A stretch of 64,000 nucleotides of DNA, taken from NCBI GenBank assembly GCA_951804945.1, contig OX638160.1, positions 46,004,001 to 46,068,000 on the forward strand, given 5' to 3'. Source of the DNA: Podarcis cretensis (lineage: Eukaryota). Under the pieces are notes generated by a model. The model did no database searches and was not told the DNA's origin. It worked only from the letters and a program-made list of their open reading frames with translations. This document shows positions 49,233 to 62,977 of the stretch, in pieces. Within the stretch, counting starts at the first letter, position 1, and each line of letters opens with the position of its first letter. Both the position numbers and the translations under genes were made by a program.

Positions 49233-49650
49233 GATGGATCCTTTGGAATGGTATTAGACCTCACGTTTTTCAACCAATTCATAAAGTACTGCCATTTTCA
49301 GATGGAGACACAGTGCATTCTATTTGGGAATCTCTCCAAAAGGGCGTTGCCGTGTCCTCTTCATCTGCTTTCATCCTCCCTTGATGGGAAAGAGAGTCTG
49401 ACGGCTGAGAGGATGCATCTCGTCGGCTTACGTCTTTCTCAACCTTCCTCCACCTACCAGAATCACGGCTCACTCAACTAGGGCAGCCCCCGCATCCTTC
49501 TCCCTAAATGCCCCTCTGCAAGAGATTTTCAAAGCACCCACATGGTCGACACCTTCCACTCTCCTTAAGCATTACAAAATTGACACTTTTGCCTCAGCTG
49601 ATGCTGCCTGTGGAAGGAGGGTGCTGCAGCACGTCCTTCCAGCCACTTAA
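49233..49650 (+). mobile_element. Internally deleted DIRS-type tyrosine-recombinase retrotransposon relic
   Basis: RT-like DGSFGMVLDLTFFNQFIKYCHFQMET/VHSIWESLQKG, then 49462-49650 ITAHSTRAA...EIFKAPTWSTPSTLLKHYKIDTFASADAACGRRVLQHVL (HxxR and catalytic Tyr region). Confidence 0.82.
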
Positions 49651-49959
49651 ACAGCAGCTTCCTATTTGAATTCTTTATTTTTTTTTTACAAAGCTTGCAG
49701 TGTTGCCTTTTGACTGCCAGGTGGTGCTAAGCCTAAATCCCAATCTGGCAGCACTTTTGTGGGGTCTCCAGAAATACCTTTCGTGATAAGTATAATGGGC
49801 TGTTCACAGCTGCACAATCCCTTCAGTATCAGTGCTTATTCCTGTTTTCCACCTTACACAAATTTCTTCTTCTGAGCTGCTGCACCCCCCCCCCCCCGTT
49901 ACATGTAAGTCATTTTTCATCTAAGTCTTTGTTCTGCACCTGTACTAGGGCTGGGTAAT

Positions 49960-49960
49960 A

Positions 49961-50008
<48 letters not shown>

Positions 50009-50065
50009 TATTTATACCCCACCCATCTGGCTGGGTTTCCCCAGCAACTCTGGAGGGCTCACAAC

Positions 50066-50108
<43 letters not shown>

Positions 50109-50465
50109 TGTGATAAAACATCAAACATTAAAAACTTCCCTAAACAGGGCAGCCTTCAGATGCCTTCTAAAAGTCAGATAGTTGTTTATTTCCTTGACAT
50201 CTGATGGAAGGGCATTCCACAGGGCGGGTGCCACTATTGAGAAGGCCCTCTGCCTGGGTCCCTGGAACTGCCAAAAGACCATCGGAGCTGGACCTCAATA
50301 TCCGGGCTGAACAATGGAGGTGGAGGCGCTCCTTCAGGTATACAGAACCGAGGCCGTTTAGGACTTTAAAGGTCAGCACTGACACTTTGAATTGTGCTCG
50401 GAAATGTACTGGGAGCCAATGTAGGTTTATCAGGACCAGTGTTATATGTTCTTGGAGGCCACTCC
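49960..50465 (-). mobile_element. L2 LINE 3' fragment with ATT/AAT repeats
   Basis: EHITLVLINLHWLPVHFRAQFKVSVLTFKVLNGLG.VYL peptide. Confidence 0.85.
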
Positions 50466-50896
50466 CAGTGATATATTGATAAATCATTCGATAGCAGTTT
50501 GAAGTCCGTATTGTGATAATTTTTGACCTGGCAATATACTACGAATCGTGTGTGTGTGTGGTATGCAAAAATCACAGTGTTTGAAAAACCATGCAGCCAG
50601 CCAGTGCTTTTCTTGATTCCTGCAGCCTCTGTTAACTCTGCCGGCTCAACATTCCCCTACCTTCCCCTTGCACATGCGCAGAAGTGTTCTGTGTGCTGCA
50701 TGCATGCGCCGAAGCGGCGCCTCTGGATATGGATTTTTTGGGGTGCACATGGACCCCTGGAATGAATTAAATTTGTATCCAGACGGTCCACTGTATGTTG
50801 GTATATACATCACAGCGTTGAAAAGCCCAGCCCTAATCTGTACACCATTGGTTTCTTTTTCCATCTTCTGGCGGCTCCCTCGCTGCGAGAAGCCAA

Positions 50897-51160
50897 GTTA
50901 CAGGGAACTAGGCAGAGGGCCTTCTCGGTAGTGGCACCCGCCCTGTAGAACGCCTTCCCACCAGATGTCAAAGAAAAAAACAACTGCCAGACTTTTGGAA
51001 GACATCTGAAGGCAGCCCTGTTTAGGGAAGCTTTTAATGTTTAATAGACTATTGTATTTTAATATTTTGTTGGAAGCTGCCCAGAGTGGCTGGGGAAACC
51101 CAGCCAGATGGGCAGGGTATAAATAATAATAATAATAATAATAATTAGTAATAATAAACA
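50897..51160 (+). mobile_element. L2-type 3' fragment with (AAT)n tail
   Basis: Reverse-complement homologue of 49960-50270. Confidence 0.8.
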
Positions 51161-53129
51161 AACAAACAAAATTTGTTTGTTTGTTTGTTTATTTCCTGTT
51201 CCTCACTGGCTTCAGCCTGCACCAGGCCTGACTTGGATATACTGTACCTCTGCATAGGCAATTGTCACGCTGTGTTCAAAATCAGGTTTAGAGGAAGTCT
51301 TTTGAAAAATAAAGGCAGGATCTTCTGAGTATATAATGTTTCAACATAGTGACTTATCTCTTGTCCCAATGATCTTGCATTAAACATCTTATTGATGGAT
51401 CTCGCTTTTGCAACAATGAATTATCAGATTGCAAATGAACATTTCTGGGTAGGAGGATGATACTTCCTTGACATTTCCTGCAATAGTGGTATATTTGCCC
51501 TTGTTACGCCCGTTTATTCTGCTACAGTTTGTTTTTCCTTCCATTTGTCCTCTTTTTAAGTATCTTGCAAGTTCTGCAGACAAGAAACCTTTTATGAAAT
51601 GTGTTTGACAGCTGCAGCATTCGAATGCCAAGATCTGGTCCCCACACATCGTATCCTCTCTTTGACTTCTTGTCTAGTATTTTGGCTGAGTTTTGCTGCC
51701 TGCTGCAGCCTATGCTTCTGGGTACAATACAAAATCAGTTTGTTCAAGTTCGTCACTCCTGCTGACATTTATTTGGCAATTGTCAGCGTAAGAATTAGTC
51801 TCCTCCTGAGTATTTTAGCACAGACAAAATTGATGCATTTACATTGTTTGATTGGCTGCAATAACTGTCCCTATTATGTAACTGCCTTCCCCAATTCATT
51901 GTGTTCAGATTTGTTGCATTTGACTTGATCTTCTACACGTTAGAACTACAGACTCTACAGAAGTGTTTCCACCATTAACAACATTATGAAAAGCTAAGAT
52001 TGGTGCAAACTGTCCATATTTAGATATTTGAATTGTCATGTCCTGGGCTCTATTTGGGTTAATAATTGTATCTGTTTATCGTATATACTTCATGGGCACG
52101 GCACACATTTTTAAAATACTGCGTGCCCTTTCTTGACCTCGTACAAATCAATTTTTCATATTCAGAAGAATTTTCTTGCAAACAAAGGTTTCTCATTTTA
52201 ATATGATTGCTTCTTACATGAGAGAACATGTTGCCCTCACTTCACATTGGACATTTTTGACTGCGTGCTTTTTGTAATAGACCCTTTGTGCCCCTGCCTT
52301 TTCATCTGTGCTCATTCAGGCCAAAGTCGGCTTGAAGCTTCCTGGCTCAGTGTTGCATCTATTTTTATCTAATGATTGGTTTTCTCGCTTCGGGGATTCA
52401 CACATTGTAAACTAAGACACTGATTGCCTTGTCCTTGCCTGATGTGTTTCTTGTCTGGTGGATTACCACATGGAAAAGTAATAGCATCTTCCTCTGGAAT
52501 ACAAGCAACAAATGCCTCAGATGAGAGCCTGCTGTGTGATATGTGTTACTTAACACAGCTTCCCTTAGACAGTTCTTGGTATATTTTATGGTTATACTTT
52601 GGTAAAACAGTACAGTGTGTGTGTGCATGTGTGCAATATGTATGTATCATGACAATCCACAGAACTATCACAAACCAATGGCTTTTGTGTGCATGTGGGT
52701 TGAATATACGTGTGCATGCAGACTCTGCATATACAGGAGATGCCCTGTTTTCTTCTTGGAGATTGATTCATACTTGAGCAAAACCTCAAGTGCATATTTG
52801 TAAGGCCCTGGATCACGTGCTGTGTGTTGGAATGTGTAGCGCAGATTTTAGAAGCATATCACTTGTGAGCATGCAATTTTACTTGTATCAGTAACCAGTT
52901 TTTACCTACGAATTTAGGAATAATTAATCAAAGGTGAAACTGCAGAGGAACAATAGCTAGCTATCTGGTTAACATCAGTAATATTGCACAAGCTGAATGG
53001 AATCTTCAGTGGGACATTCCCTTCCTCCTCTCACCTTGACTCTAGATCCTATTCTGTTGTTCTGAGAACTTAGCAACACAGTTCCTTTCCCCATCTTATT
53101 CTACTAACTATAATTCTCCCCTCAAATCC

Positions 53130-53860
53130 ATAAATAACAGACACTTTTTTGACCATTTTTTGTTTTGTTTACTGCCATTCCAAATTTACTTCTGTCTTAA
53201 TGGACATGTTTGAACCAATATTTCCAACAAACATGCTGCCCACATGAAAGTTTCTAAGAGTGTTTCAGTTAAAAAAAATTGTTCTAGGCAGTGTAAATCT
53301 TCATCATGGGATAACCAAGTCCTCAGCCAACTTAACTGTGCTGTCTCATAGTATATGCTTAGAATAGAGGTTGCCAAACTTCCCTTCTGTTCTGGGGCTT
53401 CCATGGTATTGACATCAATTTTGGGCTGTTTATATGGGATATCATGCCACATAAAGCTGTTCAGCATTTTCTGCCAACTTCTTAGTTCTTTTGAATCTAC
53501 TGACAGAGGTAGTGCAATAAACAGAAGCAGGAATCTTGGCAGAATAACAATCCTAATTGAGTTTACCCAGGCTATACATGATAAATTCAATTCCTCCCCC
53601 CAATCTTTTAAAGTCAGACTTTATGTGCTGCATCAGTTTCTTAAACTTCACATCTTCTATTAATCTCACTCTTAAATATTTTACTTTATTATATTCAAAC
53701 TATGTGGTTGCATCATATAAATTTTGTCTTGCACATCTGAATTAATTATTAAAATCTCTATTTTCTGTTTGTTAACCTTATATGCCAATATCTTGCCAGA
53801 TGCATCTATAATCCAAAAGATATGTGAAAGCGATGCTCTTGAGTTTTATGAATTTTATGC
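53130..53860 (-). mobile_element. Old L1 ORF2 fragment
   Basis: LS.IAWVNSIRIVILPRFLLLFIALP...FMW...YYETAQLSWL resembles the L1 post-RT region. Confidence 0.75.
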
Positions 53861-54065
53861 CCAGTTGATCCTGTCCTGGAGCCTTATTCGCCCCCCTTCA
53901 GCTCCTTTCTCCTCCTTTCTCCAGCTCCTTTCCCCTTTCTTCATCAACTATAATTCCCTCCCTCACTTCCTTGTATGGACAAGCCATAGTTTGCTGTTGC
54001 ATCCAAACCAGAAAGCTATGGTTTCAGCTTGCCCTCCAAACTAGGAAGTGGGTTTCAAATTCTAG

Positions 54066-54191
54066 TTTAAATGACAAAACATGCCAATTCAGATTTATTT
54101 GGACCATAGTTGGTCCAAATGACAAATGGACCAACATTTAAATGACAAAACATGCCAATTCAGATTTATTTGGACCATAGTTGGTCCAAAT
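54066..54191. repeat. Perfect 55-bp direct duplication with 16-bp spacer
   Basis: 54066-54120 is identical to 54137-54191. Confidence 0.92.
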
Positions 54192-56799
54192 AGGGAGTAG
54201 ATTGGAGCATATGAGTGAAAAGGGGAGGAAGCAGAATCTGAGCCCAAGCACTAAAACAAGGGTTAGCTATTACATCAGAACAGCCCTTATTCTCAGTGTA
54301 GATTGCAGTAATCGCCTAAGGATTTGTATCCTAGCTATGATTTGCAAAGCAGAGTCATATGGATCATGTGTATGATTACAAAATAGGAAGGAATGCAGAT
54401 CTAAGATTATACTTCCTAAAAGTAATCTCTTGTTGTCAGTTCATTATCTAAGGGTTTTCACCGGTGAGGCAGTTGGGGTTGCGATTAATATTGCAGCATA
54501 ATTTGAATTAGCTTTCAGAATGACATGCAGCCTAACACAGTTGCTTTATGACTAGTCCATAGAAATAACTTTATATTAGATAGTTGCATTACTGTTCTGG
54601 AATATCAGAAATGAATATACTATATTCTTACAGTCCTTCTACCTGCGTAATGTAGAATATATTTCTAAAAACATGTATAAAGTTTTCCCTAAGTTAATAC
54701 AGTCTAAGCATTTTTTTTAAAAAAATTCATCCATGGAACATAAAATTGTGTATCAGCAAAGCAAACATTTAAAAGCCTACAATGCGTGATTGTAGCTACA
54801 GTTTTTAATTGCATAGTGTTGATACTGGAGCTGGCATGGTGGTATTACTGAACATATTTGTAAAGTGGATGTGGACATGATTGAATTATATTAACTTTGT
54901 TTATCTGTCTGAAGCCAGGGCTGTTACAAATGAAAATCTGCTGCCACGTTATGGGATGGAAGATAATTATGAAAATGGAGTCTATATAGGAGAGAGAAAT
55001 TTTACAGTCCATATGCTAATTGCACTCTTGATTGAGAGAAGCTGGCAGCAGTTATAAAAATGCACCACTTCTATGTAGGAAGCATTCTGTAACCCCTGAT
55101 GATTATATTTAAGCTACGGGGAGGCAATTTATGTCTCAACAATACAGACATAACCTTGGGGGGGTCTCTGGCTCCAGCTTTCTGTGCAAAGCCCTTCTAC
55201 TGATACCATGGGTCACACCGGGTCAGATCCTCTGGTTGCTTTTTGGCAGGTAAGAAAGGCCTACTTGTTACCCCCTGTGTCTCACTCAGTTTACAACCCC
55301 ATGCAGTTATTTAAGCTGGCACAGGATCCCTTGGCATTGCTGGCTTATATCCATTAGGGCACCTCCACCTGGGTATTGTAGTTGAGAGGTCACACAGTGC
55401 ATGTGTCTGCAAAAGTATGTTAGGAAAAAAATGAGAAAGCTATAAACTAGATCAGGTTGCACTTTTGCTTCACAGCAGATGCATTGTTTCTTGAAGAAGA
55501 AGAAAACATGACAGGTATTTTATATTGAGATGGGAACACAACACAACCTATAAGCAAGAGCCCTTACTTCCCAAACATTATAAAGAGGAAACTTGCTCAC
55601 ATTTAGGAAATGTGAATCTCTGAATATGTATTTCTACAGCTGTGTGTATATACACGCTTGATCATGTGTGTTTTTTTCCGATACTATAAGATGCTGAGCA
55701 CCACAGCTCCTTTTGATTCTGAGAATTTTAGGTTTCTGTTCCCTCCTTAAAATAAGATTGATATAATGAAGACGAGTCCCTTGCTTGTGCAATCAGAGCC
55801 AGTACATAGGGCAGTTACTTGTCTTCGTGGTAAAACTTGACTTGTCTTGCATCTGTTTTCAAAAGCATTCAAGTTTTTTTAATTACTTGTAAAAAGCTTT
55901 GTTCAGGGCATGATAAAAAATGTTTTTAAAGGAATCAGAGTAGGAAGCACAAAAAGTGAAAGTTTTTATCAGGCCACAGTGAATATAAATCTTTAGTATG
56001 ACAGCTGTCTTTCAGTATTCTGTATTTTGTTCCTGCATGCATTTTCATTTTATACTATGATGTTCCCTTTTTGAAATATCTACATCTTACGTAGCCCGCT
56101 TCTGCTGAATACCAAATGCACTTTGACATTTAGATGCAGTCTTTTAGTTCTGCCCTTTTCTTCTATAGCTGACAAGATGTGATGACAGATTGTTTTTTAA
56201 TGGTTTGGAGAAGTTAACCCTTCCTCTGTTTTTTCTTTCTTTCTACTCTATCAATTTGCTAGTGGGATCCAATTAGGGATGTGTGAATATGTCAATCTCT
56301 CTTTCTCTTAGTTTCTCATTTTCCTCATCTTAAGTTCATCTTGCAACATTTTTTTTGCATCAGTTTGCATTGAAAACAAGCAAATTCCTTGCAAAAAAAT
56401 TTTATCAGCTATTGCTTAAGAGGGTAAAGTTGCTAAGGGAATACACCTTTGCCCTGCTCTTAGATTTGGCTCTCCAGTTAATACAGTGTTCTAATCTAAA
56501 TTTTTTTTAATGTGAACTTTTCCATACAAGTGTCACATCCACACCGTATATTTAAAGCATTCTTATACCACTTTCAAAGACATGGAGAACTTTAGGAATT
56601 ATTAAGGGTGCTTGGATTTGTTACGTCTGCAAGGTCAGATTGTAAGTCTGCAAGGTCAGTATGCAGGATTCTTGCGGAAGCCTGACAGTTAACGAGGCAT
56701 AAGAGAGCTTTAAATGTATGGTGTAGCTATGACAAAGAACAATGATATGTTGTTATTTGATTGTTCATATTGACAGCTAATATTTCTTAGCAAAGTATT

Positions 56800-57220
56800 A
56801 CTCAGGACTGCAGTACCTCAAGGACTGCCTTTTCATATGTGAACCTACCCAGACCCTGAGATCATCTTCTGAGGCCCTCCTTCGTGTGCCTCCTCCTCGA
56901 GAGGTCTGGAGGGTGGCAACACGAGAAGGGGCCTTCTCTGCAGTGGCTCCCCGCCTGTGGAATGCTCTCCCCAGGGAAGTTCGCCTGGTGCCTTCATTAC
57001 ACACCTTTAGGCGCCAGGCAAAAACATTCCTTTTTAACCAGGCCTTTGGTTGATCTGATTGACATCCTATACCTTTTTAAAATGTGGCTCTTTGGGGGGG
57101 GGGCGTGCTATTGGGTGGTTGTTTTTATTCTGATTTTATATACTGTGATCTTTTTATGTGAACCACCCTGAGACCTCTGGGTATAGGGCGGTATATAAAT
57201 TCCATAAATAAAAATAATAA
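56800..57220 (+). mobile_element. L2 LINE 3' fragment
   Basis: YLKDCL...LRSSSEALL.VP...RAFSAVAPRLWNALP-like text, L2 tail TAGGGCGGTATATAAAT and A-rich end. Confidence 0.82.
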
Positions 57221-60159
57221 GTGGCTCCACTGTGCTCAGGCGCTTCCTAATTCTGCCCTAGGGCGAGGATGAACTTAGGTGTATTCAGTAAGAGGCTGGA
57301 GAGGAGGTTCACATAACAGAAGCTCTGCTTCACTGAAGAATAAGGAACACTAGCATTGATTTGATTACAATGCATATTGCAAACTCCTATAATCAAAAGA
57401 AATATAGAGAAAAAAGCACTTCCTTATAGTTGTGGGACAAGGGATCCTGAAGGAGACAAATGGTAGAAATCCTACTGTATTGTAGTTGGTATATTTGTTA
57501 TTTAAAAACAAGTACACCTGCTTGTCCCACTGCTTTCCCCCAAGAAAAAAAAATCAGTCAGTTTTTCTGTTCCATTTCAGCAGAAAACAGCAAGTTTTCC
57601 CAGGGAAAGTGGTGGGACAAGCTAAAAAACCTCTCGAACCCTTGCTCAGAAACCACGAGACACGACCTGTTATTTCTAGACACAGAACAAGCAGAAGTGT
57701 AGATGAGCCCAAAGTTTTTTTGGGTTTTTTTTTAAGGCTGAAATTGGCCCTGCAATTTTAATTTGTTGTTCCCTCTTCTGTAACATACTGAATCTAATGG
57801 AGTAATCTCGGAAGTCGACCACAGTGTGCTTTGTTTCCACATACCTGAAACACACTCCCTTTAGAAAGAAACACATTTCCTCTATCCATTTCCAATAATT
57901 TACATCATCTGTGGTTTTCTGGAATGTCCCATCTCTCTGTGTATTGTGACACATAAAATTGCCTACCTTACGAATGTATGTGCCTGGCAGCGAGCATGCA
58001 GTGTAAAATAATTCCTGCTAAACGTTATATGTAGAATAATGTGTGTCAGCATCAATGGCTTCTCACATATTGTTTATTCCTCCACAAGCAGCACCATTCT
58101 TGGTCAGCTGTCATTTTGTGACAACAAAACAGCAGCAGTACCATTTCTCCAGATTTGACATTTATATCTCCAGGAGCAACAAAACACAAAGTCTTTCTGG
58201 ACATTTTAGAATTTTTTTTGTCTTAAAGGAAAAACATAACCTTGCATTTGCTTAAATAATTTGTAGGATTAGATATAGGGATTATTCCAATCACTTTTTT
58301 AACCCACAGCGCCACCCACGTCCCCTAAAAAGAAACAACTAAAAAAGTGTAAAAAAGAAAGAAAGAGAGGAAGTAAATATAGATTCAGATGTTTGAAACT
58401 AAGAAATCATTGCGGGTCCAGGAGGTCAGGAATCTGCAATAAAGACAGGACAATAGTATGGGATTGAAATGGCCACAACTTTATTGATTAGAAATGTCAG
58501 TAGGTTTTAGCATGGGCATTGAATATGTATCTGGAATCAACAAGCCCAATTACTGGCTGATTATTCTATCTTGACTAAGAGATCATTATTTGAACCATGA
58601 ATTATATGCATTTACATAAACTTCATAACACAGTGGGACTTACTTTTGAGTAAGCACACATAGTATTGCATAGTTAGTAACTAAATAACAACAACCTATG
58701 AATAAACAATATGTATAATATGATACTAAGGCTTTGCACTATCAGGCTTTCAGGGTTTTAAAAAGGAGTGTATTGGCAGCTCGTGTGTATTTGGTCCCAC
58801 TTAGACCCATTCAATGTATGTCTAGCTCTACTGGGTTCAGTAGGATTGCATTGCTTTGTACAATATGCTAAGTATAGGATTTGCAGCATTAGCCTATTTT
58901 TGAGCAATTATACTTGTGTCAGAAACCAAATAGTTGATTTATGTGAACACAATAGTATTACAAACTATTGCAATGAGTGAATAAACCACCCTTCCATCTT
59001 TAAGTGTAACCTGTTGCAATTGAGTCTAGATGTTGTGGTAGAGAATGTTCTCCATTGCACCCGAGGAGGTGTTTTTCTAGGAAGCAAAAGAAATAATGCA
59101 TTTTTCCAGGAATTTATGAATCACATATAAGTGATTGGGGAAGGAAAATTCTTCAGCTGGATGGAGAACTATTCTGTTGTCAAAAAGCTGGCTGAGTGAT
59201 TTGAGATTAACTTTAGCAATTGCCAGAATTATTCATCATAGAGTAGTATTATGCGTACTGAAATAATTTATGAGGTGCCTGCTTTCATTCAAGTGAGGAA
59301 AATAAAATATTTACAGTGTTTGAAAGACTTACTATACAATAGTGTGGGCAAGGTTAAAGCAGTTTTCAGTAACACAGTAATTGTTATAATTTCTAACATT
59401 TTCTATTAACTGTTGCCTCAAGATGCAAACAGGACTTTTAAATAGAAAACAAAGACCCACTTTATGCCCTGTTTTCTATATTGAGGTATGGGCACAATGT
59501 TGCAGCCTAAAGATATTTGGAATATTCCAGGACCTAGGCAGTCCTCAGCCAGTGATGTCCCAACTGTGCCTTCTGCTCTGACCTGCTAATTTCTTCCTTG
59601 CTCATCATCACATGCTCCCTGTGCAGTGGTACTTTTGGTTGTCCCCTCCCTACTTCCCACTCATACCCTTTCCCTTTTTTACCCACCCCACTCCCTGTAA
59701 CAAATCCACTTTTCTGTGCTCTTAGCTATATTCTTCTATCCTTTTGATACTGCCTCTAAAGTTTAAAGCTGGGGTCATCAGAGCCACTAGACCTCCCCAT
59801 TTGGGTGGCCGCCAGATGATTTTGCCCATGGCATGCCCACCTGCCTTATGCCTGGTGCCATTTTGTGTCTAGGCCAAAAGGGATGTTGCAAGCTCTGCCA
59901 ATCAGCTGATCAGTGCCTGCAAAGCCCTTTGTAAGGTGCTTTGAAGCCCCAACTTACAGCCGATTGGCTGGGTTTCAAAGCACAGTGCAGGGTTCTCTGC
60001 AAGCACTGACGGTCAGCTAGGATCATTTTTTAATTAGGTCTTTCCCATTTTTGCAGAAAGCTAGAGGCAGCACTTTGAACACAAACCACTTACCCTTCAT
60101 GGGGAAGATGTGGTGCTTTTAGGAGCATTTGCCCCTCTGCAGAGATGTCAAGCGGGTTC

Positions 60160-60468
60160 TCTGGTGAGCTCCCATTGCTCTGTCCCAGCTTCTGCCATCC
60201 TAGCAGTTTGAAAGCACACTAGTGCAAGTAGATAAATAGGTACCATGGCGACAGGAAGGTAAGCGGTGTTTCTGTGCACTCTGGCTTCTGTCACAGTGTT
60301 GCGTTGCACCAGAAGTGGCTTAGTCATGCTGGCCACATGACCCGGAAAGCTGTCTATGGACAAACACTGGCTCCCTTGGCCTGAAAGTGAGATGAGTGCC
60401 GCAACCCCACAGTCGCCTTTGATTGGACTTAACTGTCCAGGGGTTCTTTACTTTTTACCTTTACCTTT
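60160..60468 (+). mobile_element. Sauria SINE, 5'-truncated older subfamily
   Basis: GGTGAGCTCCC..CTAGCAGTTTGAAAGCAC..ACCTTT tail. Confidence 0.85.
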
Positions 60469-62977
60469 CAGGAAGCCTCTTGGAAGGTGCATTCCTAGTG
60501 TTAATCTGCTGATTAGTGCTGGAAGTGCTGTAACCAGCAGCCTCCTTTGAACTTTCGCAGGCGGGTGGTCCTGTGCACCTGTCAAAGTTGGCCTGTGAGG
60601 GCTGGTGGAGATAAGGATCTGGCCTGCTGACTGGATCCAATTTCCTATGCCTGGTTTAAAGCATTTTCACATCCCTAAAAGTCTTACTTTCACAATTTCT
60701 GACGCAGTAGCCTGTTCTAGGGCAGCCAATTATGCACCGCTACAAAGAGCACACAGAATTGCTTAAAGGTTATGTGGCAATGATATAGGAATTAGATGGA
60801 AATTAGAAAATATCTGAGCTGATGAAGTCCACATCCAAGATTTTAAGGAACTGCCATCCCTACTTCAAAATTGGCGATTGTTTTTAGAAACAAAGAATGC
60901 TTATTTTCCTAGTAATTGGGCCATGGGAAGTGTTGTTTTCTTCTTAATCCCAGCAGGCCGTCTATGAAAATGACTTTGGAGGTCTTGAGCAAAGAACATG
61001 AATGGAGTTATTTAACATTTCTGATACTAGAAAAATCTCAAGAGGGTCCAGCAGTCATTTACATTAGCTTGTCACACCTTATGAGAAGGCTTGCCTATTT
61101 GCAAGTTGTAGAAACAGTAGGCAGCCCCTCTCCCTTCCCCAAATAGAATAATTTGCTCTCTGTGATCGGTAGGTATGCTATACTGATACTTTAAGACATG
61201 TTCCTTTTAGCAGAAAAACTAACATGGTAGTCAGGTTAACATTCCTAGTACTAAAATGCAGCCTTGTGTGTGAAGGGCACATATTAATAGCTGCAACAGT
61301 GTGGAGGAAGGAGTATTTAACATTTCCTCACTGGCAGTTCCCACCCCCATCAAACTTGCTCTCATCCAAGCTGTTTTCCTCACCTCTGAAGGGAGAAAAT
61401 GTAACACATGTGAGAGTAAAGTCTTTTTGGCACACACAATTCAGCTGTTCCATGTGAACATCCATCTTTAACAACCCCAAACTAAGTCAGACATTGGAGA
61501 TACGTGAGTGGCCCTCTGGTTTCTTCATCCTTTCTTAAAAGAATGAAAATAAAAGATACAGGGGTGAAGGGTGATACCGTTCAAGACCATAGCACAGGAG
61601 TAGAGGGTATTTCAAGCCATTTTCTTAATGTAAATCCTCACCCCTCTTCCCATTACTGTTTGGAAACATTTATAGATACTAAGCCAACTCCTTAATTATA
61701 TGAGAACTGGAAGTAGTCAACTCAGACTCCCTCCTAAAACCCACCAGTGAAGGAGGCAGGAGAGCCAGAATGAGGCGCTGTGACTTGCGCCCCCAAACTC
61801 CCATGCATTCCTTGTCTTTCTGCAAACTTCAGTGGTTAGTGTTACAGCCAGCCAATATGTGTTGCCAAACATCAGCTGTTAGGAGGAAACACCTTTGCCT
61901 GTGTTTGCTACAAGGGTCTTCTCCCTTTCAATACAACTGCACTGTTCCAGCATCTTTTGTGCGCTCACCATTTGTGAATTAAATGGAAGAAAAATGTTTT
62001 ATGGAGGGAAGGAAGTCAGGGCAGCAATTTATACTGACCATTTAAAGTTAAGACTTCTAGCATGATGGTGAGGAGAGGAGAAATATCCCTGTCTTCCAAA
62101 GACCTTTCTCTCCCTACTTGAGTGGAGAGGGGTCTGCTGATCTCCTAGTGCTGGCTCTGGTTAAGCTTACTGAGATGCAGTCCCTGAGTGCATGCCCTCC
62201 ATTGTAGATGGGCCTTGAGGGCAAAAGGTTGCCCACTCCTGATTCAAACCAAGAAGAGATTTTTTTAAAGGGCTTGTGCACAAAAAAATTAGTCTCCATG
62301 TGTACAATTTTGGAATTCCAGATATTTCATATGCTGAACAGAAATGTCACTTTTTAAAGATTCCAGACATCTTTCCATTAAGGTACATCAGTTAGATATA
62401 ACATCAGTGTATGATACTGGCAATCAGTTAAGAGGTACTTCATAAAGCATGGCATTTATCACAGTGTCACAAGTTGAATTGCTTGTTCATTTTTCTCTAT
62501 CCACTTTTCATGTAGAATTTATTTCAGAGCATGATCAAAGCTTTACTCTTCATTAGATACTGCATTAGCTAATTTGACTTTTGGCAACCCACATCCTTGT
62601 TCCTATTAAACACCATCCATAAATTGAGATAAGGATTCTGCCAAAACGTTTAAGGATTGCATGATGGAAATATACTATTGGGTGCATTATGCAACTGCAT
62701 TCTTGACTGCTGGGTGGGTAAATTTGAAGTTAAGAAATGCTATCTTATATACTTGAAAATAAAAGACGGCATTTTAAAGCATCTGAATATTGACAGAAAT
62801 ATGAGAAAAGACAGCCTTAAGGTCCATTGATCAAGGATCAATGAATGAGCTGTCATGTAATTTATTATGGCTGATTAGGGGTTTGTTTGTTCTCTGTATT
62901 TACATTTCTAATACTTGCTGGATACCAATTCATGTAGCTGCTTATTGAGAGTTCGCCAGGTATTTTCACAGTTGTAA

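Noticed and set aside
55190-55256. Cryptic exon ending at strong donor CAG|GTAAGA (~55249)
   Set aside because: No convincing upstream acceptor or coding similarity; such motifs occur by chance in 30 kb.
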